Below are positions 29,153-38,725 of a DNA stretch of 46,693 nucleotides, in pieces. Positions within the stretch are counted from its first letter, which is position 1, and the number at the start of each line of letters is the position of its first letter. Source of the DNA: Pseudomonadota bacterium. GTDB lineage: Bacteria > Bdellovibrionota_B > Oligoflexia > Oligoflexales > CAIMVM01. The translations under genes were made by a program, and so were the position numbers. The notes under the pieces are model-generated. The model was not told the origin of the DNA. It did not search any database and worked only from the letters and a program-made list of their open reading frames with translations. Location of the stretch: assembly GCA_037142195.1 (NCBI GenBank), contig JBAXBA010000022.1, positions 1-46,693 on the forward strand, written 5' to 3'.

Positions 29153-30685
29153 ATGTCAAAAAAAAATCCTTCAAGGAAAGTAATCACCATTGACCAGGGC
29201 ACCACAGGATCCACGGTTTTGATAATCGATTTTGAAGATAAAAAAGAACCTAAAATTCTCGGAAAATCAACTTTTGACTTTCCCCAACATTTCCCTAAAG
29301 CTGGCTGGGTGGAACATGATTTAGAAGAGATTTGGACTTCCATTTCAAAAGCCTTTCTATCTGCCTTAAATCAGGCGGAATTGACGTTAGATGCGAGTCA
29401 TTTTGCTTCTATTGGCATCACCAATCAAAGAGAAACTCTCTGTGTTTTTGAAAGAGGAACGGGACGCCCCTTGTGCAAAGCTATCGTTTGGCAATGTAAG
29501 CGTTCTCTAGCCTTATGTGACGAACTTAAGGCTCGCGGACTGGAGCCTATTTTTAGGGAGAAAACAGGACTATTTCTTGATCCTTATTTTTCTGGCACAA
29601 AGCTGTCTTGGCTGCTTCGGGAAAATAAAGAAGTTTCTGACGCACTCAGAAATGGTTCCGCTCTTGTAGGTACCATTGATAGCTGGCTGCTCTATAAACT
29701 CACCGGTTGTAGAGTTCACGCAACGGAAGCCTCCAATGCCTCACGAACTCTAATGTTCAATATTAAGACGGGACAATGGGATAAAGAACTCCTCAAAATT
29801 CTTGAAATTCCACCGCAAATCTTGCCCCAAGTTTTCGATTCCGCTTATAGATTCGGAGAAACCTATTTAAATGGCCTCCTCCCGGATGGGATACCCATCT
29901 CTGGAATTCTTGGCGATCAACAGGCCGCACTGGTGGGACAAACTTGCTTTTCTGAAGGTGAAGCCAAATGTACCTATGGCACGGGCGCCTTCGCTTTGAC
30001 AAACATTGGGTCGATACCAAAAGCCTCTAAATTCGGCCTCCTGACCACGGTAGCCTGGTCCCTCAACGGCAAGATGACCTATGCCCTTGAGGGTTCGGCA
30101 TTTATTGCAGGTGCCGCCGTACAGTTCATACGCGACCAACTCCATTTTATAGACGAATCCAGCCAAACTTCAAAAATTCCTGCTTCCACCAAAGCTTCTC
30201 CAGAAGTCTATTTTGTGCCAAGCCTCGCAGGTCTCGGAGCTCCTTGGTGGGACCCCAAAGCCCAAGGGGCTCTATTCGGACTCACCCGAGGTACGAGCAA
30301 GGATCAAATCATCAGAGCCACACTTGAAGGCATTGCCTTTCAAGTTGCGGACCTTATGACTGCAATGGCCTCCGATTTAGACAGCGAAATTATTACGATC
30401 AAGGTGGATGGTGGTGCAAGCTCCAACAATATTCTCATGAAGTTTCAAGCTGATATTTTAGGAATCACGATAGACCGTCCTCAAAATATTGAAACCACCG
30501 CTTTTGGTGCAGCAATGATTGCCGCTCTAGGTATAGGTATCTTTAAGAACTTAGATGACATGAAAACTGCATGGAAAAGAGATACTTTATTTGAAAGTAC
30601 GATTGACGCAGACGAAAGAAAAAGCCACCAAAAAGGCTGGAAACGTGCCGTTAAAGCTGTAAAGTGCTTTGCAGATGCTGACTAA
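29153..30685 (+). CDS. glpK: Glycerol kinase
   Basis: IDQGTTGS, GITNQRET, DPYFSGTK, GDQQAAL, GLGAP.WD; GAGGTG RBS. Confidence 0.96.
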   Translation: MSKKNPSRKVITIDQGTTGSTVLIIDFEDKKEPKILGKSTFDFPQHFPKAGWVEHDLEEIWTSISKAFLSALNQAELTLDASHFASIGITNQRETLCVFERGTGRPLCKAIVWQCKRSLALCDELKARGLEPIFREKTGLFLDPYFSGTKLSWLLRENKEVSDALRNGSALVGTIDSWLLYKLTGCRVHATEASNASRTLMFNIKTGQWDKELLKILEIPPQILPQVFDSAYRFGETYLNGLLPDGIPISGILGDQQAALVGQTCFSEGEAKCTYGTGAFALTNIGSIPKASKFGLLTTVAWSLNGKMTYALEGSAFIAGAAVQFIRDQLHFIDESSQTSKIPASTKASPEVYFVPSLAGLGAPWWDPKAQGALFGLTRGTSKDQIIRATLEGIAFQVADLMTAMASDLDSEIITIKVDGGASSNNILMKFQADILGITIDRPQNIETTAFGAAMIAALGIGIFKNLDDMKTAWKRDTLFESTIDADERKSHQKGWKRAVKAVKCFADAD

Positions 30686-30699
30686 AGTCACCTCAATAG

Positions 30700-31083
30700 C
30701 TACTTTGATTGAGAGCGATCCCAGCCTTCACGGATTAGAAAAAACCAACCCAATATAAGGAGCCCTCCACCTATTGGGGTGATGGCTCCGAGCACTCTCA
30801 CCTGGGTTGCGATTAATGCGAAAAGAGAACCCGAAAAAATCAATATCCCGATAGAAAATAAGAGGGCAGCTTTTTTTAAATGCTTGCTTAGGGATGGCTG
30901 AGCTAAAGCCGCAACGAACCCGAGAGCTAAAGCATGGTACATTTGATACTTCACTCCCACATCGAAAATTTGCAAGCTGGATGGATCCAAAATATTCTTC
31001 AAAGAATGAGTCCCGAAAGCTCCCAAAACGACGGCTAGAAAACCATAAATCCCAGCTGCTATCAAAATCTTTCCTTGATTCAT
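30700..31083 (-). CDS. DUF423 (YgdD) membrane protein
   Basis: LGAFGTH, YQMYHAL, FSGSL, GAITPIGG. Confidence 0.92.
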   Translation of the reverse strand: MNQGKILIAAGIYGFLAVVLGAFGTHSLKNILDPSSLQIFDVGVKYQMYHALALGFVAALAQPSLSKHLKKAALLFSIGILIFSGSLFALIATQVRVLGAITPIGGGLLILGWFFLIREGWDRSQSK

Positions 31084-31200
31084 TTCTGTCGCCCTTTTCA
31101 CTGAAGAATCAACTAGTCCAATATTCTCTATAGTAAAACAGATGACAAAAAAAGATATGAGTTTCTATGCAGTAGAAAAATCTAGGCATACTGCTCTTTT

Positions 31201-31236
31201 TAGTTGAAATAGTTGGAATAGTAGGGATAGTAGGAA
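31201..31236. repeat. Degenerate 9-bp tandem repeat x4
   Basis: TAGTTGAAA TAGTTGGAA TAGTAGGGA TAGTAGGAA. Confidence 0.75.
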
Positions 31237-31300
31237 AAAAGGTAATCCCGAGAAAAAAAAATTCAGCGCGGAAAAACCTCGTCTCTCGAAAGGTAAAAAT

Positions 31301-31506
31301 CTTTCCTATACTGCCTTGAACAGACTCATTTTCGAACACAGAGAACGTCTTTAGGCCGGTGCCGCAGGATACCTCCCTAGAAAATACACCTTTTCTTTGT
31401 AACATTTCTGCCGGTTAGAACGAGTGCAGTCCCGTCCCAGGTAGGTTTTCCCTGTCAACATAGAGTTGGTTCTTGAACTGAAGAGTCAGCTGAACTATTA
31501 AGATAG
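31301..31506 (-). ncRNA. ssrS: Probable 6S RNA
   Basis: ~205 nt, folded by hand into a rod: long imperfect closing stem, central bubble, long inner stem (CAGG/CCTG, ACCT/AGGT, CCTGGGA/TTCTAGG, TGCAC/GTGTA); AGTTC and GGCA near the ends as in 6S RNAs. Confidence 0.72.
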
Positions 31507-31513
31507 CTACAAA

Positions 31514-31542
31514 AAATTACAAAAAAAGGGGAAGCTAGTCAT
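31514..31542 (-). promoter_or_regulatory. Possible sigma70 promoter of the 6S-like RNA
   Basis: Minus strand ATGACT-17 nt-TAATTT, predicting +1 near 31507, the 5' end of the fold. Confidence 0.45.
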
Positions 31543-32347
31543 GGCAGGATTATTTGAAGGCAAGTGCGGCGTCATCATGGGCATAGCAAACCAGCACTCC
31601 ATTGCTTCAGGCATTGCTCGGTTTCTCGTGGACCAAGGGGCCGAAATCGCCTTTAGTTTTTTGCCCGATGACTCAGGCAAAATGGAAGGCAGAATCAGAA
31701 AAGTTGTGGATGAATGGAACCCAAAACTTGTACTGCCTTGTAATGTTGGTAAAGATGAAGACATCGCCCGCTTTTTCGGGGATGTAGCAAAGCACTATGG
31801 CAAGATAGATTTTTTAGTACACTCTATCGCATTCGCACCTCTTCAAGATTTAAAGTGTCCTACCATTGAAGCTAGCCGCGAAGGATTTCTTAACGCCATG
31901 GATGTGAGCGTATATAGTTTCTTGGCCATCTGTCGTGAAGGCTCCAAAGTCATGAACTCTGGCGGTAGTATCGCCACACTTACGTACTTTGGGGGAGAAA
32001 AAGTTATTGCTGGCTACAACATGATGGGTCTCGCAAAAGCTGCCTTAGACATGTCTGTTCGTTATGCTGCTTATGACTTGGGACCGAAAAATATCAGAGT
32101 GAACGGAATCAGTGCAGGTCCCATCAAGACCTTAGCTTCTTCCGCAGTTGGCGCTGGTAAAATGCTGGACATGTACAAATCAATTGCTCCTCTAGAGCGC
32201 AATGTAACTCAAGACGAAGTGGGCAAGTCAGCGGGATACCTCCTAAGTGACTTGGCCTCAGGTGTTACTGGAGAAATTCTTCATGTGGATGCAGGATACC
32301 ATGTCATGGGTTCACCAGGTCGTGCTTTTGACAAAGCCTCTGAATGA
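31541..32347 (+). CDS. fabI: Enoyl-ACP reductase
   Basis: GIANQHSIA, HSIAFA, YNMMGLAKAAL, ISAGPIKTLA. Confidence 0.97.
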   Translation: MAGLFEGKCGVIMGIANQHSIASGIARFLVDQGAEIAFSFLPDDSGKMEGRIRKVVDEWNPKLVLPCNVGKDEDIARFFGDVAKHYGKIDFLVHSIAFAPLQDLKCPTIEASREGFLNAMDVSVYSFLAICREGSKVMNSGGSIATLTYFGGEKVIAGYNMMGLAKAALDMSVRYAAYDLGPKNIRVNGISAGPIKTLASSAVGAGKMLDMYKSIAPLERNVTQDEVGKSAGYLLSDLASGVTGEILHVDAGYHVMGSPGRAFDKASE

Positions 32348-32360
32348 TAGAATCCGCGTA

Positions 32361-32403
32361 AAATACATCAGATTGAGGTTAAAAAAATCAGTCTGATGTA
32401 TTT
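32361..32403. terminator. Inverted repeat between convergent fabI and motE
   Basis: AAATACATCAGATTGA-11 nt-TCAGTCTGATGTATTT (16 bp, one G-T pair). Confidence 0.7.
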
Positions 32404-32497
32404 AGCCGGCAGATAGAAAGCGCTTTGAAAAGTTAATGACTAAAAAATCTCTTTTCCGATAGCAATGCTAGTATAAAAACCGAATGCCCTAAATAGA

Positions 32498-33184
32498 TCA
32501 ATGGGCTGGAAGAGAGTCTCCTTTACATTCCTTAAAAGCATCGCGAAGGGAAGAATTCATTTCCTTGAGAAGGTCATATTCGGCCCCGGACTTCATGCGA
32601 CTAAAATATTCCGTTAATTTAGAGGCTTTATCAGGCGCCATCTTCTCAAGAATAGCCGTAAGTTGCTTTTGTTTTAAAGACTTGAGGAGTGATACTGAGA
32701 GATCGGGGCTCAAGCTCTCAAACAATGTTGCGGCTTTTTTGGGTTCCATCTTGTCATAAAGCTCAATGAGTCGCGTCAATCTCTCTTTTTTAAGTTCCGT
32801 CTCTTTTTGAATCGATGCCGCAAAGAACTTTCGTTCCTCGTCTAGTTGAGTGAGCTTCCTATCTATGGTCCCCTCAATTTGTTTAAGCGAAGCTTCTCTC
32901 TTTTCTAAAAATTCCATCCGACGAAGCACATCTTGTCGCTTTCTATCGGCCACATCCAAATACCTAGACAGGGTTTCTCGGGAGCTGGGAGCATCCTCAC
33001 CCAGCTTCGGTATAGCCAACAAATCATGGATTTCGCCGTCCTTTGGCTGTTGCTCTTCAGGGGCCTTGGTGCCCTCCGCAAATCCCACCAACTCACCAAT
33101 TCGAATTTGATCAGTCTGCACTAATACGAATACCACTAGAGCAAACAATTTCAAGGCTAGTAAAATTTTAAGTGACTTAGGCAT
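32498..33184 (-). CDS. MotE/FlgY/YlxF-family flagellar protein
   Basis: N-terminal TM, coiled coil, LYDKMEPKKAA and ILEKMAPDKA repeats; follows fliJ. Confidence 0.8.
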   Translation of the reverse strand: MPKSLKILLALKLFALVVFVLVQTDQIRIGELVGFAEGTKAPEEQQPKDGEIHDLLAIPKLGEDAPSSRETLSRYLDVADRKRQDVLRRMEFLEKREASLKQIEGTIDRKLTQLDEERKFFAASIQKETELKKERLTRLIELYDKMEPKKAATLFESLSPDLSVSLLKSLKQKQLTAILEKMAPDKASKLTEYFSRMKSGAEYDLLKEMNSSLRDAFKECKGDSLPAH

Positions 33185-33193
33185 AGTTACCCC

Positions 33194-33643
33194 TTACTTA
33201 GAACGGCCAAAAAACCTATTTTGAGAAAAATCATCCATCGATGCTTGATCTTTGACAGACAAGTCTTTTCTAAAGACTTCTTCAAATTTTTCATGAAGAT
33301 TCTCTACTGTCTTAAGCTCAGTTTCGAGAGACATCACCATTTTAATCTGAACTTTTTCTCTGCGCTCCAACAATCTTGCCTCAGCGAGAAGCGCTGCCCA
33401 ACGATTTCTAAATCCATCGATACCAAGTTCTAGACTTAATGCTTCCTGGTTCATTCCCTTGCTGCGCATTAAATTCAATTGATCTACAGAGCTCATATAA
33501 GCCTTTTGGCTTTGGCGCATTCTTTCAACGACCTCTATTTTGGATTGACGAATGGCATGAAGTTCTGCTGATTCTAAATCTAAGCTGTGTTTCTTAATTT
33601 TTATAATGGGAGCCAATTGCTTCATTTTTCTGTGGGGTAGCAT
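33194..33643 (-). CDS. fliJ: Flagellar export protein FliJ
   Basis: 149-aa coiled coil directly after fliI, C-terminal DQASMDD. Confidence 0.75.
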   Translation of the reverse strand: MLPHRKMKQLAPIIKIKKHSLDLESAELHAIRQSKIEVVERMRQSQKAYMSSVDQLNLMRSKGMNQEALSLELGIDGFRNRWAALLAEARLLERREKVQIKMVMSLETELKTVENLHEKFEEVFRKDLSVKDQASMDDFSQNRFFGRSK

Positions 33644-33652
33644 ATTTCATTC

Positions 33653-35044
33653 CTACTTGTTTTTTTGAGATCCTAAAGCCAGCGACGCCTGATTGATCCG
33701 CAAAAGTCCTGAAATGGCATCCTTCATCGTAGAAAGCTCATCCGTATCTTGCTTTAAAAAGCTTTCCAATTGAGGCATAATCGCGATAGCTCGGTCTAAT
33801 AGAGGATTAGCCCCAGACTGATAGGCTCCAATCTGAATCAAGTCATGATTTTGTTGAAATACAGCCAATAACGATTTAATAGAAATAGATAAATTCCAAT
33901 GGTCTTTAGAAACTATATCCCGCATCACCCGACTTGCAGACGTAGTAATTTCTATTGCCGGAAAATGCCCCTTTGCAGCTAGGTCTCGAGACAAATTGAT
34001 ATGGCCATCTAAAATCCCCCTTGCGGCGTCAGGAATAGGGTCATTAAAATCATCACCGTCCACTAGCACAGTATAAAGACCCGAAATGGAACCACGGCCT
34101 TGGGCCTGCGGGCCGCAACGTTCTAAAAGTCTTGGCAGAAGGGAATACACAGAAGGCGGATAACCTTTAGAAGTCGGCGGCTCACCCACTGCGAGACCAA
34201 TCTCTCTTTGAGCTTGGGCAACACGAGTCAGAGAGTCCATCATTAAAATTACTCTTTTTCCCTTGTGAGAGAAATGCTCTGCAATAGCGGTTACCATCTT
34301 CGCTGCCCGGATACGCATGAGTGGTGATTTATCTGAAGTCACACAAACAACCACCGACCTAGCGAGCCCTTCTGGACCGAGATCTCGTTCGATAAATTCA
34401 CGAACCTCTCTCCCCCGCTCCCCTATGAGCCCAATGACGTTAACATCGGTATCGCCACCCTTTGCAATCATACCAAGCAAAACGCTCTTTCCCACCCCAG
34501 ATCCAGCAAAAATTCCTATCCTTTGGCCTTCCCCAAATGTGAGAAGAGAATCCATCGCCTTGATACCTAAAGTCATAGGTCTCTCTATGCGATCTCTCTC
34601 CATGGGGTTCGGGGCCACAGCATCTAACGAAACCTTATGGGCCCCCTCGGGAACAAATATAGTCTCATTCTTATCACTCTTTAAATTTCTAAAAAAGGGA
34701 TCTATAACTTTTCCCAGTAAAAAATCGCCAACCGGTACTTCATCAAACATTCTCTGGCCCTTGACAATCGCACCAGAAGAAATTCCAGTTAATGAGGAGT
34801 AAGGTAAAAGAAGACTCCTATCGCCTTTAAATCCTACCACCTCAGCCAAAAGATCCTCATTCTGACCTGGATAGCAGATTTCCACTACCATCCCCATCCG
34901 ACTTTGTGGAAGCTTCGCTTCCACAATAGTTCCAACTACGTCAATAACTTTGCCTTGCGGATTCCAAATGGGATTTCCCATAGAGTTTTTAAGTGTCTGG
35001 CGATCTAATTTCTTAACAGATGGTATTTGCGTAAAAAAGCTCAT
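33653..35044 (-). CDS. fliI: Flagellar export ATPase
   Basis: GIFAGSGVGKS, GERGREV, MDSLTR, GEPP..KGYPPS. Confidence 0.96.
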   Translation of the reverse strand: MSFFTQIPSVKKLDRQTLKNSMGNPIWNPQGKVIDVVGTIVEAKLPQSRMGMVVEICYPGQNEDLLAEVVGFKGDRSLLLPYSSLTGISSGAIVKGQRMFDEVPVGDFLLGKVIDPFFRNLKSDKNETIFVPEGAHKVSLDAVAPNPMERDRIERPMTLGIKAMDSLLTFGEGQRIGIFAGSGVGKSVLLGMIAKGGDTDVNVIGLIGERGREVREFIERDLGPEGLARSVVVCVTSDKSPLMRIRAAKMVTAIAEHFSHKGKRVILMMDSLTRVAQAQREIGLAVGEPPTSKGYPPSVYSLLPRLLERCGPQAQGRGSISGLYTVLVDGDDFNDPIPDAARGILDGHINLSRDLAAKGHFPAIEITTSASRVMRDIVSKDHWNLSISIKSLLAVFQQNHDLIQIGAYQSGANPLLDRAIAIMPQLESFLKQDTDELSTMKDAISGLLRINQASLALGSQKNK

Positions 35045-36303
35045 TAACTGGCCTTCACTTCAAAAAGATTGACATCAGCTTTTTTAACAAGATCCGAGAT
35101 CATTTGACGAATATTCCCCGAAAGCGCTGTCAAATCGGAATCAATTTTGAATTCATCTTTGGCAAGTGTATTATCAGGCTTCAATTTCTCAATGAAACCA
35201 GGAATAGAAACACCTTTCATGGATTCAAATTTCTCTGGGTGAACATGGACGACAAAATGGTCTGTTTGAATACCAGACTTGACGGCCTGAAGGACAACCT
35301 TAGCAAAGGATTCCGGATCCACGGCAAAGTATTGGTCTAATAGAGCTTCACAAATGGCTTGAACGAGCTCGACAAAGTTCTCTTGTGCATTTTCCATGAT
35401 ATTAAACTTAAGTTTTTCAAACTCACTAAGAAGTCCTTGGATATTAAGCGCGACAGCTTCTTTCTTCTGATCCGCTGAAATCACTCCTTTTGCTTCACCT
35501 TCTTTAAATCCTGCTTCATAGCCAATCGATCTAGCTTCGGCAGAAATTTTAGCAAGATCTAAGTTCGATTTAGCATCTTCATAGGCCTCATGATAGGCAT
35601 TCTTTCGAATTTCATCAAGTTCCTTTTGCGCTAAGTACTTCATTCGCGCACTTTCTTCAAAATCCCCAACTTGGCCAGGCACACCAGACAACGGAATAAA
35701 TGAGGAATTGTTCTCACTAGATGGGGCTTCGGCTTCAAGGGCACTGCCTTGAGATTCCTTTTTTCCTGACTTCATTTCAGAAATCACTTTTGACATCATA
35801 TCAATAGAGGCCATTTCTGAATTTCTAGGGGTGGAATCAGTTCTGTCTTCTGATTCATCCTCCCGGGAAGAAGACTCGGAAGACCCCACAGTCGACTTGG
35901 CATCGTGCTCACTTTGGACCTGCTGGCGTCTATCAAAAATCTGTTGAAGACGAAGCGCCTCAAGAGGGTCAAGTTCTTCCTCGTCCAAAAAACTGTTTTT
36001 TCTCGAACTGTTTTGCCCATTTTTGGTCCAGTCCTTCGTGAAGTCTTGCGCCATAATCACCGGAGACTGTTGATCCTCAGGAAGTAGATTTGAGCTGAAG
36101 AATGTCGGTTCCTTCAAATCGGCAGTTTCCTCTGCACTATGGAGATTAGCAAATACAATATTTCCCGAGAGATTATCGGTTTGGGTGGTTTTGGCTTTTG
36201 TGATATCTTGAAAGCTATAGTCTACTACTGAAATCTTCTTCATTACTGAAGATTTTCGGCTAAGATATTTGCCTACTTTTTTGTCTTGATCATCATATTG
36301 CAT
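35044..36303 (-). CDS. fliH: FliH with long N-terminal extension
   Basis: AYHEAYE..GYEAGFKEGEAKG (GxxxG repeats), VHVHP; directly upstream of fliI. Confidence 0.8.
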   Translation of the reverse strand: MQYDDQDKKVGKYLSRKSSVMKKISVVDYSFQDITKAKTTQTDNLSGNIVFANLHSAEETADLKEPTFFSSNLLPEDQQSPVIMAQDFTKDWTKNGQNSSRKNSFLDEEELDPLEALRLQQIFDRRQQVQSEHDAKSTVGSSESSSREDESEDRTDSTPRNSEMASIDMMSKVISEMKSGKKESQGSALEAEAPSSENNSSFIPLSGVPGQVGDFEESARMKYLAQKELDEIRKNAYHEAYEDAKSNLDLAKISAEARSIGYEAGFKEGEAKGVISADQKKEAVALNIQGLLSEFEKLKFNIMENAQENFVELVQAICEALLDQYFAVDPESFAKVVLQAVKSGIQTDHFVVHVHPEKFESMKGVSIPGFIEKLKPDNTLAKDEFKIDSDLTALSGNIRQMISDLVKKADVNLFEVKAS

Positions 36304-36309
36304 CTTTTA

Positions 36310-37929
36310 TCACCCGTTAGGCTGATGAGGATTCATCATCATGCGAATGGCTTCGGTCGTCCGTTTTGGCTCATGTTTTGCTAAATAATGCACTTGCTCC
36401 GTCGGAGATAGCTTCTCGAATGGTACATCCTCTTGAATTTGGATATTTTGATGTTGACCCACTTCCAAATCCGCATTGAATTCTTCGATAAACTTTTCAT
36501 CATGTTTCTTCTGAGGATCATAAGATAGCCAGCGGATGTAGGGACGGACTATAAACATAAAGAACAGAGCCGTCGACAAAGCAATAGCAAAAGCCATAGC
36601 AATCGTCGTAGTATATTCTCTTTCTTCTTTCTTTATAACTTTAATTTCTTCTAACTGCTCATGGTCAATCTGAAACAACATATTCTGCACGGTTATGGAA
36701 TCTCGACCCTCTTTAAAACCAACAGCATTTCTAATAAGAGAATCAATTTGCTTCATCTCTTCTTCTGTTCTCGCTTGAAACTTAGGAATCGATCCATCTG
36801 GAGGATAAATTTGCTTGCCATCAACCAGCACAGAAACCGTTAGACGCTTGAGATTTCCAACGGGAAGAGTCTTTTCGCTGACAGTTTTAGATAGCTCGAA
36901 ATTGACCAATTCCGTATCTCGCTTAGATCCAGTCTTTGACTGAGATCCGGAAACGTCTTCCTGCTCGCCAGGAACATTAGATTTGGACCCAGGAATCCCT
37001 GTTGGATTTAGCCCAGTTCCATCCATTGCAAATCCCGTAGTGCTCCTGGATAGAACTCCAGCCTTATCAGGATCGACGTCAGATATGGTTTGTTTTTCTT
37101 GAGTAAAGTCGACCTCTGCATCTACTTTGGCTTCGATCCTTCCTGCTCCAACGACTCGTCCCACAATCATTTGAATACGCTGCTCAAGGGAATTCTCTAC
37201 TTCTTTTTTGTAAGCCACCATCTCTTTTGTTAATTTGGAAGTGGCATCACTAGACTCCTGCTCACTTATCATGTTTCCTTCTTGGTCGATAATAGAAACA
37301 TCATTTTTATCTAGACCCTCAACGGAAGAGGAAACAATATGCTGGATCCCTTTGATTTGACTTTTAGAAAGAGATGCATTTTTCTTAGTTTTAATAAATA
37401 TTGCCGCAGTTGTCTTCTTTTGGTCCCTTACGAATAGACTATTTCTGGGCTGAACAATATGCACTCTGGCGCTAGTAACACCTTCTATGGCCGTAATGGT
37501 TCTAGAAAGCTCGCCTTGTATGGCCCTGAGCTTTTGTATATCTTGTTCAAATTCCGTTCTAGTAAAGTGCTCTTCATCAAATTTTTCCCAGCCCACTACA
37601 CCCTTTGTGGGCAGACCTGCTTGTGCGACTTGCATCCTAAGGCGTGCGACATCAGCCCGATTTACTTTGATGCCTTTTTTGTCAATAATGAAGTCTGTAT
37701 ATCCTGAAGATTTGATATTATTTGCAATTTCTATGCTATCTTCGGATGATATATCGACAAAAAGATATTCTTGATCTTTTCTTGTGGCTAGGGAGGCCAG
37801 AGCCAACAATGCGACAACACTGCCTATTGCGACAGCGCCAAATAGGACCCTCTTCCCCCCAGAGAGACCCTTCCAAAAGCTGGAAAATTGAGTAGACAGA
37901 TTTCTTAAAAATGCCTGAAATGAATCCAC
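36310..37929 (-). CDS. fliF: MS-ring protein
   Basis: Two TMs, GWEKFD, RAIQGELSRTI, SARVHI, RLTVSVLVDG. Confidence 0.96.
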   Translation of the reverse strand: MDSFQAFLRNLSTQFSSFWKGLSGGKRVLFGAVAIGSVVALLALASLATRKDQEYLFVDISSEDSIEIANNIKSSGYTDFIIDKKGIKVNRADVARLRMQVAQAGLPTKGVVGWEKFDEEHFTRTEFEQDIQKLRAIQGELSRTITAIEGVTSARVHIVQPRNSLFVRDQKKTTAAIFIKTKKNASLSKSQIKGIQHIVSSSVEGLDKNDVSIIDQEGNMISEQESSDATSKLTKEMVAYKKEVENSLEQRIQMIVGRVVGAGRIEAKVDAEVDFTQEKQTISDVDPDKAGVLSRSTTGFAMDGTGLNPTGIPGSKSNVPGEQEDVSGSQSKTGSKRDTELVNFELSKTVSEKTLPVGNLKRLTVSVLVDGKQIYPPDGSIPKFQARTEEEMKQIDSLIRNAVGFKEGRDSITVQNMLFQIDHEQLEEIKVIKKEEREYTTTIAMAFAIALSTALFFMFIVRPYIRWLSYDPQKKHDEKFIEEFNADLEVGQHQNIQIQEDVPFEKLSPTEQVHYLAKHEPKRTTEAIRMMMNPHQPNG

Positions 37930-37958
37930 AAATCTACTCCAATAGAAGTTCTAAGAAC

Positions 37959-38282
37959 TTAAACCTGCATCCGCATGACTTCGTTGTAAGCTTCTAGCGC
38001 TTTATTACGAACTTGGACCACAAAATTAAAGCCAAGTTGTGCTTGAGACATGGCCAACATCGCTTCATGAAGGTTCCCTGACTTTCCGGTCGCTACGTCT
38101 ACGGAAAGTTTATCCGCGTCAACTTGCATTTTATTCACATCACCGACTGTTTCTTTGAGATGATCTATAAAGGAGGACTTCGGTGAGGACTCATCATTGG
38201 ACTTTAGATTTTGCATCAACTCTTTAGAGTCTGCAATTTTTGACAGGCTATCCTTTAGAAAGCTAGTTTCAATGCGTGACAT
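37959..38282 (-). CDS. fliE: Basal-body protein FliE
   Basis: VQVRNKALEAYNEVMRMQV. Confidence 0.96.
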   Translation of the reverse strand: MSRIETSFLKDSLSKIADSKELMQNLKSNDESSPKSSFIDHLKETVGDVNKMQVDADKLSVDVATGKSGNLHEAMLAMSQAQLGFNFVVQVRNKALEAYNEVMRMQV

Positions 38283-38285
38283 AAA

Positions 38286-38723
38286 TTACCTTCCTATCTC
38301 TAGTGATTTCATCGCCATATTCTTTGCTTCACTCAGGGCAGTAGCATTGGCTTCATAAGCTCGCGTAGCAGCGATCATATTCACCATCTCGGTCATCACT
38401 TGAACGTTTGGCATCTTGACGTTTCCATTTTTGTCCGCATCAGGATGAGTCGGATCAAAGACGTTCCTAGGCTCCTTGGTGTCCTGATGAATGCCTACAA
38501 CTCGCGGCTCAGACAGCTGAGAGTTCATGGTGTCATCAAGAAAGTCTTCAAAGGGACCCCCTATAGGAGTGGCAGAAAAAATCACATCTTTCCTGCGGTA
38601 AGGACCACCTTCTGCCGTCCTTGTCGTTTGAGCATTCGCTAGGTTGGAGCTCAGAACGTTCATTCTGACTCTTTGAGCACCTAGCGCGGCAGAACTGATT
38701 TGCATCGACTTAAAGAAGCTCAT
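38286..38723 (-). CDS. flgC: Basal-body rod protein FlgC
   Basis: NLANA.TT...GGPYRRK, DPTHPDAD, EMVNMI.A.RAYEAN. Confidence 0.98.
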   Translation of the reverse strand: MSFFKSMQISSAALGAQRVRMNVLSSNLANAQTTRTAEGGPYRRKDVIFSATPIGGPFEDFLDDTMNSQLSEPRVVGIHQDTKEPRNVFDPTHPDADKNGNVKMPNVQVMTEMVNMIAATRAYEANATALSEAKNMAMKSLEIGR

Positions 38724-38725
38724 AA

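Noticed and set aside
31109..31405. 98-aa ORF
   Set aside because: Overlaps the 6S-like fold and low-complexity repeats; no recognisable protein features
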